Part shown: piece by piece, positions 19,277-28,634 of the stretch
How positions within the stretch are numbered: the stretch's first letter is position 1
Layout: each line of letters opens with the position of its first letter
DNA from: Pseudomonadota bacterium
Lineage (GTDB): Bacteria; Desulfobacterota; Desulfobacteria; Desulfobacterales; JBDRRP01
Length of the DNA: 62,009 nt
NCBI GenBank assembly: GCA_043825735.1
Contig: JBDRRP010000040.1
Coordinates: 124,001 to 186,009 of the forward strand
Direction: 5' to 3'
Made by a program: the position numbers and the translations under genes
The notes under the pieces: model-generated
Database searches by the model: none
Told to the model about the DNA's origin: nothing
Seen by the model: the letters and a program-made list of their open reading frames with translations, nothing else

Positions 19277-19350
19277 AAAGGGCTTCCATTGTTGACGATT
19301 GTCGTCCGGCCGCAACCACGGCTGCGACGTAAAAGCGCCCCGACCGCGAA

Positions 19351-20106
19351 CTATCGGCCGGCCAGAGACCGGGAAATCAACGTGGCATATTTCTTAATGG
19401 CCTCGATCTCACGGTCGATGCCCCGGTCGTTGCTGATATATGACGGAAACGTGATGCTGACAGCCCCGGCCAGCTCCGTATCGAATCCGAATACGGGCGC
19501 CGCCAGGCAAATAATGCCTCGGGTGATCTCTTCGTCGTCGAGAGCGTAGCCGCGCCCCCTGATCAACGCCAATTCTTGTTTCAATTGGTCCGGCGCCGTG
19601 ATGGTTTTTTCCGTAATCGCTACCAGGGGTGTCCGCAGCAGTTGCGTCAAGGTGTCTTCGGGCGAATAGGCCAATAGGACCTTTCCCAAACCGGTGCAGT
19701 GCAATGGAAACGTCTTGCCGATTTCGGAAAACAGTTTGATACCGAAATCCTTGGACTCGATCTTGTCGACGAAAACGCCTTGCAGGCCGTCCACGACGCC
19801 AAAATTGGTTGTATGGTCGGTCTCTCTGTGCAACGCCTGCAGATGCGGTCGGATGTGATCCCTCAAACGAAAATGGCTCATGACCTCGGCGCCGATCGCG
19901 GCTAAACGCAAGCTGCCGAAATATTTTTTAATCTCCGGATTGAAGGTCAAATACCCCAGGTCGGAGAGTTCCTTTACGATGCGGTGGACGGAGGATTTCG
20001 GCAACTCCAGCGACGCCAGTATCTCGGAGTAAGTCAGCCCCGTATCCTGATGGGCCACCACCGTCTCGATAATAGAAAACACTTTATGCAAGGGGCTCTT
20101 ATTCAT
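19351..20106 (-). CDS. IclR-family regulator (KdgR-like)
   Basis: HTH LPKSSVHRI, PLHCTGLGK, GYALDDEE, CLAAPV. Confidence 0.9.
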   Translation of the reverse strand: MNKSPLHKVFSIIETVVAHQDTGLTYSEILASLELPKSSVHRIVKELSDLGYLTFNPEIKKYFGSLRLAAIGAEVMSHFRLRDHIRPHLQALHRETDHTTNFGVVDGLQGVFVDKIESKDFGIKLFSEIGKTFPLHCTGLGKVLLAYSPEDTLTQLLRTPLVAITEKTITAPDQLKQELALIRGRGYALDDEEITRGIICLAAPVFGFDTELAGAVSITFPSYISNDRGIDREIEAIKKYATLISRSLAGR

Positions 20107-20310
20107 GATTTCTGCAGATGGCCACTTTACAGGTTGGCGCGGGAGATTCATTATGGGGCCAAAATATCCATATATGGAGAGTTGTTCAATATGTGGGGAA
20201 ATAGCCCAGGCGGGGTGGATTGTCAAGCGATATCGTTTCCACAGCACCGGTGGTGAGTTTATGGAAGGGGGCGGGAAGCTAACAAGTGAGGGGCCGTTTC
20301 ATGCGCGGCG

Positions 20311-20862
20311 CTAGAACTCGATGCCTTTCTGGGCCATGATTCCGTCGCTGTAGGGGTGCTTGAGGGCCTTCATGTCGGTGACCAGATCTGCCTGGGCGAT
20401 GAGCTCTTCGGAGGCGCCGCGCCCGGTGACGATGATATGGAGGGCGGCGGGTTTTTCTCTGAGCGCCGTTAAAATGGCGCCACTTTCCACAAAGCCGTAG
20501 GTCATGAGGTAGGTGAGCTCATCGAGGATGACCAGCGCATAACGGCCTGAAGCGATCATTTCAACGGCCTTTTCCCATCCTCCCCGGGCCACCTGTCGGT
20601 CCTTTTCCATGTCTTTGCTCTTCCAGGTGAACCCGCGGCCCATGACGTGGATGTCGATGAGGTCTTCAAAGCGTTTGAGGGCATCGAGCTCGCCGTATTT
20701 CCAGGAGCCCTTGATGAACTGCACGATGCCCACCCGCATGCCGTGGCCGGCCGCGCGAAGCGCCGTCCCCAGGGCGGCGGTGGTTTTTCCCTTACCGTTG
20801 CCGGTGTAGACGATGAGCAGGCCTTGTGGGGCCGTTGTACCGACATCAGTCATGGGTGTCAT
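20311..20862 (-). CDS. cobO: Corrinoid adenosyltransferase
   Basis: YTGNGKGKTTAA, QFIKG, ILDE, VTGR, KHP...AQKGIEF. Confidence 0.95.
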   Translation of the reverse strand: MTPMTDVGTTAPQGLLIVYTGNGKGKTTAALGTALRAAGHGMRVGIVQFIKGSWKYGELDALKRFEDLIDIHVMGRGFTWKSKDMEKDRQVARGGWEKAVEMIASGRYALVILDELTYLMTYGFVESGAILTALREKPAALHIIVTGRGASEELIAQADLVTDMKALKHPYSDGIMAQKGIEF

Positions 20863-20904
20863 TTTTGATTGCAAGCCCGTAACCCCGCGGTCACATGTCG
20901 TTCT

Positions 20905-20932
20905 GTAAGGGCGAAAAATTTTTCGCCCCTAC
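20905..20932. repeat. GTAG-type REP palindrome
   Basis: Minus strand reads GTAGGGGCGAAAAATTTTTCGCCCTTAC. Confidence 0.75.
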
Positions 20933-20973
20933 GCTATTGCTGTCATGCCTGCAGGTATCATTCGCGGCAATGC

Positions 20974-21711
20974 CTAGTCTCTGGCCTTGTCCACGAACCG
21001 GATGGCCATGGCAAATGACAGAACCCCCAGCACCAGCAGCAAGAGATAGCCGGTCGCCGCCGGTGTCTGACCCCAGGCGGCCGAGCGGATGATTCTGGCC
21101 GCATGGGTGAGCGGGAGGATCGACAACGCCTGCTGGGCCCATTCCGGAAGGCGGTCCAGGGGAAAGAAGGTTCCCCCTAAAAAGGCCATGGGGGTGATGA
21201 CAAAGCTGTTGAGCAGCGCCTGATCGGCGTGGGACTTGACGATCATGGCCAGCCCCACGGCCAAAGAGGCGAAGACAAAGCTGTTTAACAGCAGCCCCGC
21301 CCAGAAGAAAACGTTCAGAGAGAGAAAGACCCCGAACAGGGCGCCCATAACCAGGATTACGCCGACGGCTAACAGCGCCCGGGTCATGCCGGCAAGCACC
21401 TCGCCGAAGACATAAGCCGTGGCGCTCAGCGGCGCGGCCTGGAATTCTTCGAAGATGTGCCAGTAGAAGCGGGCGATGTTGATCTCGCTGGAGATGGCAA
21501 AGGCCTGGGTCATGCTGCTCATGGCCACCAGACCGGGGATGAGGAACTCCATGTAGGAGTGACCCTCAACGGAGACATGTCGGCCCATGGCATAGCCGAA
21601 GGCGATGAGGTAGAGCAGCGGAGACACGGACCAGGACGGAATCTGGCGGCTCAACCGCCGGCGCAGGATGATCATCTCTCTGAGATAGATGGCGCTCCAT
21701 CCTCTGATCAT
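20974..21711 (-). CDS. ABC-2 type exporter permease
   Basis: YMEFLIPG, PMAFLGGTFFP, LPLTHA. Confidence 0.88.
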   Translation of the reverse strand: MIRGWSAIYLREMIILRRRLSRQIPSWSVSPLLYLIAFGYAMGRHVSVEGHSYMEFLIPGLVAMSSMTQAFAISSEINIARFYWHIFEEFQAAPLSATAYVFGEVLAGMTRALLAVGVILVMGALFGVFLSLNVFFWAGLLLNSFVFASLAVGLAMIVKSHADQALLNSFVITPMAFLGGTFFPLDRLPEWAQQALSILPLTHAARIIRSAAWGQTPAATGYLLLLVLGVLSFAMAIRFVDKARD

Positions 21712-22544
21712 GTCACCTTCTTTCCGGTGAGTGCGATGAACGCATCTTCCAGGTTGACCCGGCGCATCAGATGCACGGCGCCGTTTCCTCCAGGGCTGGC
21801 TGCCGCCGCTTCCCGGGTGGGAAAATAGCTGGTCTCCATGCGGTCGTCTACGATTCTGTCCACGGCCCATTGCCCCAGCCGGTCGATGAGGGCCTGCGGT
21901 GTGTCTACGACGACGATTTTCCCGTGATCGAGAAAAGCCACCCGCTCGGCCAGGAACTCGGCCTCTTCGATATAGTGGGTGGTGAGAAAAATGGTGGTGC
22001 CGCTTTGCTGGATCTTTTTGATAAGCGCCCAGATGCGCCGGCGGATACTGGCGTCGAGGCCCACCGTGGGCTCATCGAGAAAAAGAATCACCGGCTCGTG
22101 GACCAGGGCCCGGGCGATCATCACACGGCGCTTCATGCCGCCGGACAGGTGCTTTACCAGGCTGTCCCGGCGCTCGGTCATCTCCACGTAATCGAGCAGT
22201 TCGGCGACTTTGCGGTCGATGTCTTTTTTGGGCATGTGGTAGAGACGACCGTGGATATTGAGGTTTTCGTAGACGGTGAGTTCACGGTCCAGGTTGATGG
22301 ACTGTGGCACCAGGCCGTACTGGCGTTTGGCGTCCAGCGACTGCGCGCGGATGTCGAAGCCGTTCAAAAAGGCTTGCCCGGCGCTGAGCCGGGTGAGCCC
22401 GGTGAGGATCCGGATGGTGGTGGTCTTCCCTGCGCCGTTGGGGCCGAGATAGGCAAACAGCTCTCCGGGCGTGACCTGGAGCGAAATGCCTCCGAGGGCC
22501 TCGGTCTTTTTATAGCGCTTGGAAAGGTTTTCGATGCGGATCAT
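21708..22544 (-). CDS. ABC exporter ATPase (DrrA/NodI-like)
   Basis: GPNGAGKTT, LSGGMKRR, LDEPT, TTHYIEEAE. Confidence 0.9.
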   Translation of the reverse strand: MIRIENLSKRYKKTEALGGISLQVTPGELFAYLGPNGAGKTTTIRILTGLTRLSAGQAFLNGFDIRAQSLDAKRQYGLVPQSINLDRELTVYENLNIHGRLYHMPKKDIDRKVAELLDYVEMTERRDSLVKHLSGGMKRRVMIARALVHEPVILFLDEPTVGLDASIRRRIWALIKKIQQSGTTIFLTTHYIEEAEFLAERVAFLDHGKIVVVDTPQALIDRLGQWAVDRIVDDRMETSYFPTREAAAASPGGNGAVHLMRRVNLEDAFIALTGKKVT

Positions 22545-22762
22545 GCGCTTATCTCACCTATCTGGTGCCGGCAACTTGTCGCCGAAGGCAGTAGCACATC
22601 CCCCCCGGTGCTTCAAGGTTTCCAACTTCGTGATCATCAATATTCACTCATCCTGGGGGGCAGCTTGACCCGGGATCATTCAGGCTGCTATAGCTTTCGC
22701 GTTTTGCGATGCCCTCTGTTTGTCAGTCGGACCCTTCATTTTCATTACAGGAGCCGCCAGCG

Positions 22763-23518
22763 ATGACGAAAAAAGAGCTATGGCGCCAGTTGGTTTTCTT
22801 TGTCGGCGATATCCGGTTGCTGCGCAGTTTTCCCTATGTGACCTGGTCGGTGCCCAAGCACCGGGTGAGCTATGGTGAAATTCTTGAAGGGTTGCCGCAG
22901 ATCACCTATGGCGATGTGGGGGTGCACCGGGACTGGGGCTACCTGACCAATATCGCCATTCCCGGTTTTATGAAGCATGCCTGGATTCACGTGCGTGACG
23001 GGCTCGCCGCGCCACAGATCGTCGAGGCCATGAGCGAGGGGGTCATCGCGCGAAGCGCCATTTACCCCATGGTTTCCGACTACACCGTGATTTTCAGGCC
23101 GCGAAACGTCACCGAGGCCGAGCGAAAGGGTGCCTGCAAGAAGGCCCGTCAGATCGTCGGTAAAGGCTACGACGTGGACTTTGCCTTCGACATCGAGTAC
23201 GAACTGCAGTACTTCGCCGGTGAGGACACCGCCGATGCCAGTGCGGCCCTCCAGCAGGGGCAGCGCTTTATGCGCAGATACGATCCGGCCTTCACCTGCA
23301 CGGAGGTGGTCAGTTACGCCTGGTGGCACCGGCGGGAAGAACTTCGCCTGATTCGGCGGGAGGTGCGCGGGCAGACGATCATCCTGGCCGACGATTTTTT
23401 CAACGACGGTTGGGAGATCAAGTGGATGAGCCGTTCGGTTACACCGGAAACCGCCCGCCGCCACGGCCTCCACGAGCAGGGCTGCGAGATGATCGCCGAC
23501 TACCGCCGTCGGTGCTGA
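22763..23518 (+). CDS. Permuted papain-like NlpC/P60 (YiiX/YebB-like) hydrolase
   Basis: GDV...HAWI...VEA...GKGYD...CTEVV, with His before Cys; AGGAG RBS. Confidence 0.75.
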   Translation: MTKKELWRQLVFFVGDIRLLRSFPYVTWSVPKHRVSYGEILEGLPQITYGDVGVHRDWGYLTNIAIPGFMKHAWIHVRDGLAAPQIVEAMSEGVIARSAIYPMVSDYTVIFRPRNVTEAERKGACKKARQIVGKGYDVDFAFDIEYELQYFAGEDTADASAALQQGQRFMRRYDPAFTCTEVVSYAWWHRREELRLIRREVRGQTIILADDFFNDGWEIKWMSRSVTPETARRHGLHEQGCEMIADYRRRC

Positions 23519-23599
23519 AGATCGGCGTTACCCATCACGACGTCGACGCGTCGTGATGCCGGGCACTAAGCCCCTGCGGCAGCTCGCCCCGGCGCTGGC

Positions 23600-23623
23600 G
23601 TGGCGACGCGCAAGCGTCGCCAC
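23600..23623. terminator. Perfect 10-bp GCAA-tetraloop hairpin between convergent genes
   Basis: GTGGCGACGC-GCAA-GCGTCGCCAC. Confidence 0.6.
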
Positions 23624-23709
23624 AAGGCGGCCGGGCGGAAAAATACACCGCTTCGATCAGGGCTTGCCGCCACGCGCAATCCACTCCTGCCGATTGCCGA
23701 TCGTGCCTT

Positions 23710-24045
23710 CTATTCATCGGCCTCGGCTGCGGCTGCCGCTTTTTCCTTTTTGGCCTTTTTCTTTACAGGGTCCGGGGCTTGCTTCTTTTTGGGTTGTTTT
23801 TCTTTTGGGGCCGCCAGTTTTTCTGCCTTGATCTCGGCTGCGTGAGCGATCTGCTTCTCCAACTCCGCGATACCGCCCAATTGATTCTTGGCCTGACGGA
23901 TTTTTCCTTTAAAATGCCTGACCTTCGCATCACGTAGAATTTGTGCCGAGGTCATTCCTTGGGCCTTCAGCGTTTCCACGATTACCGCCAACTGCTTTTC
24001 AGCGACGGTTTTGTGTTCCTCAATGTATGTTTTTTTTCTCAGCAT
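23710..24045 (-). CDS. Lys/Ala-rich hypothetical protein
   Basis: 111-aa ORF, coiled-coil with basic tail, AAGGA RBS, promoter-like sequence upstream. Confidence 0.7.
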   Translation of the reverse strand: MLRKKTYIEEHKTVAEKQLAVIVETLKAQGMTSAQILRDAKVRHFKGKIRQAKNQLGGIAELEKQIAHAAEIKAEKLAAPKEKQPKKKQAPDPVKKKAKKEKAAAAAEADE

Positions 24046-24100
24046 GGTTTGGTTTTCCTTCCAAGGGGTTTGTGTATGGATCTGATTTCAGAAGCCGCAT

Positions 24101-24129
24101 AATATAAAGCGAAAACCGTGCCATGTAAA
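24101..24129 (-). promoter_or_regulatory. Overlapping sigma70 and sigma54 promoter candidates
   Basis: TTTACA-N17-TATATT whose spacer is TGGCACGGTTTTCGCTT (GG-N10-GC). Confidence 0.5.
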
Positions 24130-24247
24130 TATTTATTTTAATTCAAGTACGTTAGGAATTTGGCGCTGTGGATTTGAGAACCACAGGTTCCGCATCCGCA
24201 AAATGGGCACTGAGGCAATGGCCATCAGTGGAAGGACACCATTGCAC

Positions 24248-24524
24248 TCAGCCTCGGATGGCGACCAGGGAGGCCATCTTTGCGTCGCCCTGAGCGCACG
24301 TGCGGACGGTCTCGGCGTAGTAGACGATTTTCATGGTTAGGAAGGCGTGGAGGAGTTCGTTTTTCGGCCAGATAGCGGGCATTCTGGCCGGCGCCGGCGG
24401 CGATGTCCAGGGCCCGTCCCGGCTGCACCAGGCGGCAGTATTTGGCCACGATGGGGTCCACCGGTTCCGGGGCGACATCGCGCTGCCGGTATTTGCGGTT
24501 CCATCGCTGGCGGTCGGATTTCAA
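24248..24524 (-). pseudogene. Class I SAM methyltransferase (TehB-like) with internal deletion
   Basis: N-terminal RWNRKY...GRALDIAAGAGQNARYLAEK joined out of frame at about 24360 to C-terminal NELLHAFL...YYAE...ASLVA. Confidence 0.75.
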
Positions 24525-24655
24525 TGCGTATCCCTATGTTCTAAGAGAAACAACAAAACTCCATTCTCACGCAGAGACGCAGCGGAAAACAGATAATACA
24601 TTTAACTGCTTATGCTCAATAATTAAGTTGGCTATGCCCGTAGCGCTGAATGCGA

Positions 24656-24743
24656 ACCACGAAGAACACGAAGCGCCAGAAGAAAGCCCTAAAAACGATT
24701 CGATTTGAAAACCTTCGTGTCCTTCGTGAACTTCGTGGTGATC
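24656..24743. repeat. Second copy of the CACGAAG x3 periodic inverted repeat
   Basis: Left arm ACCACGAAGAACACGAAGCGCCAGAAG; right arm region identical over 36 bp to 1384-1419. Confidence 0.85.
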
Positions 24744-24747
24744 AAAA

Positions 24748-25206
24748 TCAACCGGGACAAGATTCGCCGGCAATGTCAATGAAATGATCTTCGAGAAACC
24801 GGCGGGTGACCGGTGCCATGTCCAACGCGGCCAACTGATCCGGCGGCATCCAGGCGGCCTCTGTGGCATCGTCTCCGGGGCTGGGGACACCGCTCAGGTA
24901 CTCGGCGACCACATCCACGATAACATAGTGAAACCGGACGGCGCCGTCCGGGTCGCGGTGGATCACATCGAAGGTGTAAATGGGCGCGCCGGCCCGAATG
25001 ACGATGCCGGTTTCTTCACTGATTTCCCGCTCGGCGGCGGATTGAAGGGACTCACCCAGCCGGACGCTGCCGCCGGGGATGGCCCACAGACCTTCGGCGG
25101 GTGGTTTGCCGCGCCGGACCAGTAGAACGCGGGCGTCGTGGATGACCAGAGCCCCCACGGCCACACGCGGCATTGATGGGTACTGTGCGGAATCCATTGA
25201 GACCAT
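24748..25206 (-). CDS. NUDIX hydrolase
   Basis: Nudix box GGSVRLGESLQSAAEREISEETG. Confidence 0.92.
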   Translation of the reverse strand: MVSMDSAQYPSMPRVAVGALVIHDARVLLVRRGKPPAEGLWAIPGGSVRLGESLQSAAEREISEETGIVIRAGAPIYTFDVIHRDPDGAVRFHYVIVDVVAEYLSGVPSPGDDATEAAWMPPDQLAALDMAPVTRRFLEDHFIDIAGESCPG

Positions 25207-25397
25207 ATCAATCGCTTTCTTTGCCTTAGAAACCCAGCGCTTCGCTTAGGGTTCCAGGCGAAAACCATTGTTGCTGGCGCAACGAATTTACTCCGGCTGT
25301 GTAGCGATCCCAAAAGGCTATCCGTGTTCTCCGTGGTCCGTGGTAAAAATCGATCTTCGAAATAGTCAATTTGAGTATCGTAGATGACCGCTAAAGA

Positions 25398-26051
25398 CTA
25401 TTGAAAGAAGGCCGTGAAGTCGGCCGGGGAACGTACCAGCATGCCGGCACCGGCGGTCATCAGCTCCTCGGCAGATCGGTATCCCCAGAGGGCGCCTACG
25501 GGAAACATGCCCGCGGCCCGGGCCGTGGCCATGTCCACACCCATGTCTCCCAAAAACAGGCATGCATCGCAGGGCACGCCCAGTTTTCCGGCGGTCAGTT
25601 CGGCGCCGGTGGGGTCCGGTTTCGGGGGGATGGCGCCGACGGCACCGGCGACGTGCGAGAATATGTTGCTGGGAAAAAAGTAGTCCACCATGTCGCGCGT
25701 CGGCTTGTCCGGTTTGTTGGAAAGGATGGCCAGTCGCATGCCACTGCCGGCACAGGCCTGAAGCAGCCCCGACGTGCCGGGGTAAAGGCGGGAGCCCTCG
25801 GCCCACGAGCGCTCGTATTCCATCGCCGTGTCGGCGATGGCCTGGCGAATCATGGTCGATGAAATGATCTCCGGGGGAAGTGCACGCTTGACCATGCACT
25901 CCAAACCGTCACCGATGAAGGACCGGTACCGGTCGGTTTCATGAACCGGCAGCCCTGCATTGGCGAGCACCCGGTTCATGGCGGCGGCGATGCCGGGAAG
26001 GGTGTCCACCAGAGTGCCGTCCAGATCAAAGATAATGGCTTTGAATTTCAT
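25398..26051 (-). CDS. HAD hydrolase (phosphoglycolate phosphatase-like)
   Basis: FDLDGTLVDT, LSNK, PKPDP, GDMGVD. Confidence 0.92.
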   Translation of the reverse strand: MKFKAIIFDLDGTLVDTLPGIAAAMNRVLANAGLPVHETDRYRSFIGDGLECMVKRALPPEIISSTMIRQAIADTAMEYERSWAEGSRLYPGTSGLLQACAGSGMRLAILSNKPDKPTRDMVDYFFPSNIFSHVAGAVGAIPPKPDPTGAELTAGKLGVPCDACLFLGDMGVDMATARAAGMFPVGALWGYRSAEELMTAGAGMLVRSPADFTAFFQ

Positions 26052-26072
26052 TTTTGGTTCCGGTTTCCCGTT

Positions 26073-27545
26073 TTATTTGTCCATATCGGGTGACCAGCGC
26101 CCGATGGCGCGGCAGGCATCGGCTTTCGCCTTCAGGTGGTCGATGGCGGCCGTAGCGGTGTGAAGCCGGCTGCGGCTGCGTGCCAACTCGGCTTCAAGGT
26201 ACCGGGTGATCGTGGCGGACCCGCCGGCATATTGCTGTTTTACCAGTTTAAAGGACTCTTCAGCGCTTTCGATGCTTTTGCGGGAAACCGCCACCCGTGC
26301 CTCGGCTTCCTCGAGTCTCAGATAGGCGGTCTTGACATCGAACTGGACCGACTGGAGTACTTTGCGATCGGCCATGAGCATTTCTTCAAGTCGTGCCTTG
26401 GCCTGCCGTTCTTCGGCTTGGGTCGAAAACCCGGAAAAAAGCGCCCAGTTGAGCATAACACCGGCAGTCCAGTTGTCCTTTGCGATGTCGGAGTCCTGAA
26501 TCTCCGGCGCGTCCACATACCAGCGCGTCTGAAAATCAATCCGCGGCAGGTAGCCGCTTTTAGACAGATCCAGCGCCATGCGCGATTGGATGACCCGCTG
26601 GCGTGCCTGGTGGATTTCAGGGCGATGGGCGAGGGCGTGGGTCAATCCTGCCTGGTATGTCTCAGGAACGGTGTCGTCAAAGGCTTCGGTGGTTGTCAGC
26701 TGGAGTTGGGAGTCAGGATCGATGCCCAGAACGTTGGCCAGCGCCGCGGTGGCAGTCTTGATGCGATTTTCTCCCCGGACCACATCTTCTTCGGCCTCTG
26801 CCAGTCGGACCTCCAGCGACAGAATGTCCGACTTCAATGCGCCGCCGGCGGCGTATCGGACCTTCATGACCCGAAGCTGCTCCTGGACCGTGGACGCGGA
26901 TTCACGGCTGATGGCGAGAAAATCCTCAGCGGCCAGGATGCTGTAGAAGCTTTGAATGACCGATGCCCTCAGCGAATTGTCGATACTCTCACGGTCCAGT
27001 GCGCTGATGTCCAACCCCGTTTCCGCCATGCGCCGCGACAGCAGGTCGCGCCCACCGTTGAACAGGTTCCACCCGAGGGTGCCGCCCGACTCATAATTTT
27101 GAAACCATCCCGGCTGGTTAAAGTCCGTTGCCGGTGCAAGACGCCGCTGATCAATGGTTTTGAACAGGTACGCCGACGGCGCATCCCCCTGAAGGTATTC
27201 AGAGGAGACGGTGACGGTGGGGAAAAAACCGGCGCTCGACTGGGCGATCATGGCTTCGGCCTGCGCGATACGCGCGGCCGCCATCTGCCGGTCCGGGTTG
27301 TTAGCCAGGGAAAACTCGATGGCGGCAGTCAACGATAGGGGAACGGCGTCATCCCATACGGCGGGCTTGGCTGTCGTCATCGGAGCGCCGTCAGGCCGGG
27401 TGTCCATTCGATGCACGGCTCCGGCGTACTCTTTTCGGATGCTGTCATAGTGGTATCGCTTCTGAGGCGCACACCCTGCGGCAGCCAATATCATCACTGC
27501 CGCCACCGCGGTCGAAGTCATGAGGGTTTTGCTGATCGACAACAT
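26073..27545 (-). CDS. TolC-family outer membrane efflux lipoprotein
   Basis: Lipobox AAGC, two OEP repeats (ANNPD...FPTV; HRPE...YLPRI). Confidence 0.88.
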   Translation of the reverse strand: MLSISKTLMTSTAVAAVMILAAAGCAPQKRYHYDSIRKEYAGAVHRMDTRPDGAPMTTAKPAVWDDAVPLSLTAAIEFSLANNPDRQMAAARIAQAEAMIAQSSAGFFPTVTVSSEYLQGDAPSAYLFKTIDQRRLAPATDFNQPGWFQNYESGGTLGWNLFNGGRDLLSRRMAETGLDISALDRESIDNSLRASVIQSFYSILAAEDFLAISRESASTVQEQLRVMKVRYAAGGALKSDILSLEVRLAEAEEDVVRGENRIKTATAALANVLGIDPDSQLQLTTTEAFDDTVPETYQAGLTHALAHRPEIHQARQRVIQSRMALDLSKSGYLPRIDFQTRWYVDAPEIQDSDIAKDNWTAGVMLNWALFSGFSTQAEERQAKARLEEMLMADRKVLQSVQFDVKTAYLRLEEAEARVAVSRKSIESAEESFKLVKQQYAGGSATITRYLEAELARSRSRLHTATAAIDHLKAKADACRAIGRWSPDMDK

Positions 27546-27650
27546 TACGTTTCTCCCATGGATGCTGTTTGCAAACGGAATCAATACCCTCCTTTATGCC
27601 GCAGCTCAAAGGTATGTCAATAATTTCCGGAATCGGTTATAAATGGGTTC

Positions 27651-27669
27651 ACTAGTTACCATTCCTGTC
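27651..27669. promoter_or_regulatory. Weaker PerR/Fur-type box candidate between divergent tolC and ZIP genes
   Basis: ACTAGTTACCATTCCTGTC, 14/19 identical to the palindrome at 51197. Confidence 0.35.
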
Positions 27670-27789
27670 GTGGGGAAATAAGACCCCCACAGAGCAAAAC
27701 GGTTACACGGTGCGACGCATATTTAGCCGAGAGTCGCCCTGATGCGCGAAATGCCGTGGCTGTTCTACGGATTCGGGAGGCGTCTTCCA

Positions 27790-28602
27790 ATGGTCCACTG
27801 GTTCATCGGTTTGTCTCCGGTGGTGCAGGCACTCATGGCGACGTTGTTCACTTGGTTTGTCACCGCGCTGGGTGCCGGGCTGGTTTTCTTCTTTAAAACC
27901 ATCAACCGCAAGCTGCTCGACGCCATGCTGGGATTTGCCGCCGGCGTGATGATCGCAGCCAGCTATTGGTCGCTGCTGGCACCGGCCATTGAGATGGCCG
28001 AGGCTGCCGGCGGAGTTGCCTGGGTGCCGGCCACCAGCGGGTTTCTTGCCGGTGGTGCATTCCTGTGGGGGGTTGATCGTGTCATGCCCCACCTTCATCT
28101 GGGGTTTCCCATGGCCGAGGCCGAGGGAATCAAGACCTCCTGGCACAGAAGCATTCTGCTGGTGCTCGCCATCACGCTCCACAATATCCCTGAAGGATTG
28201 GCCGTCGGCGTGGCCTTCGGCGCGTTGTCCACCGATGCCACTTCAGCCAGCCTGGCCGGTGCCGTAGTGCTGGCTCTGGGCATCGGCATCCAGAACTTTC
28301 CGGAAGGCGCGGCCGTTTCCATCCCCCTGCGCCGTGAGGGATTGAGTCGATTGAAGTGCTTCTGGTATGGCCAGCTTTCGGGCCTGGTGGAACCGGTCGC
28401 CGGCGTCATCGGGGCCCTGGCCGTCATTGTGATGAAGCCCCTGCTTCCTTACGCACTGGCATTTGCTGCCGGCGCCATGATCTATGTCGTCGTCGAAGAG
28501 CTTATACCGGAGTCACAGTTGGAAAAAAACACGGACTTGGCCACCATCGGTACCATGCTCGGGTTTGCCATTATGATGACCCTGGATGTGGCATTAGGAT
28601 GA
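27790..28602 (+). CDS. ZIP-family metal transporter (ZupT/GufA)
   Basis: [37 protein letters not shown]. Confidence 0.92.
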   Translation: MVHWFIGLSPVVQALMATLFTWFVTALGAGLVFFFKTINRKLLDAMLGFAAGVMIAASYWSLLAPAIEMAEAAGGVAWVPATSGFLAGGAFLWGVDRVMPHLHLGFPMAEAEGIKTSWHRSILLVLAITLHNIPEGLAVGVAFGALSTDATSASLAGAVVLALGIGIQNFPEGAAVSIPLRREGLSRLKCFWYGQLSGLVEPVAGVIGALAVIVMKPLLPYALAFAAGAMIYVVVEELIPESQLEKNTDLATIGTMLGFAIMMTLDVALG

Positions 28603-28634
28603 ACCATGGCGCTGAGCACCGGTGAGGAGGGTGG

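Noticed and set aside
22545..22762. Cobalamin riboswitch upstream of ABC-cobO
   Set aside because: I could not find the B12-box or other core motifs by eye; an Rfam scan is needed to be sure.
24567..24890. ORF containing HHEVHEGHE, resembling a metal-binding peptide
   Set aside because: The motif is just the translation of the 9-nt periodic repeat, and the ORF overlaps the NUDIX gene.
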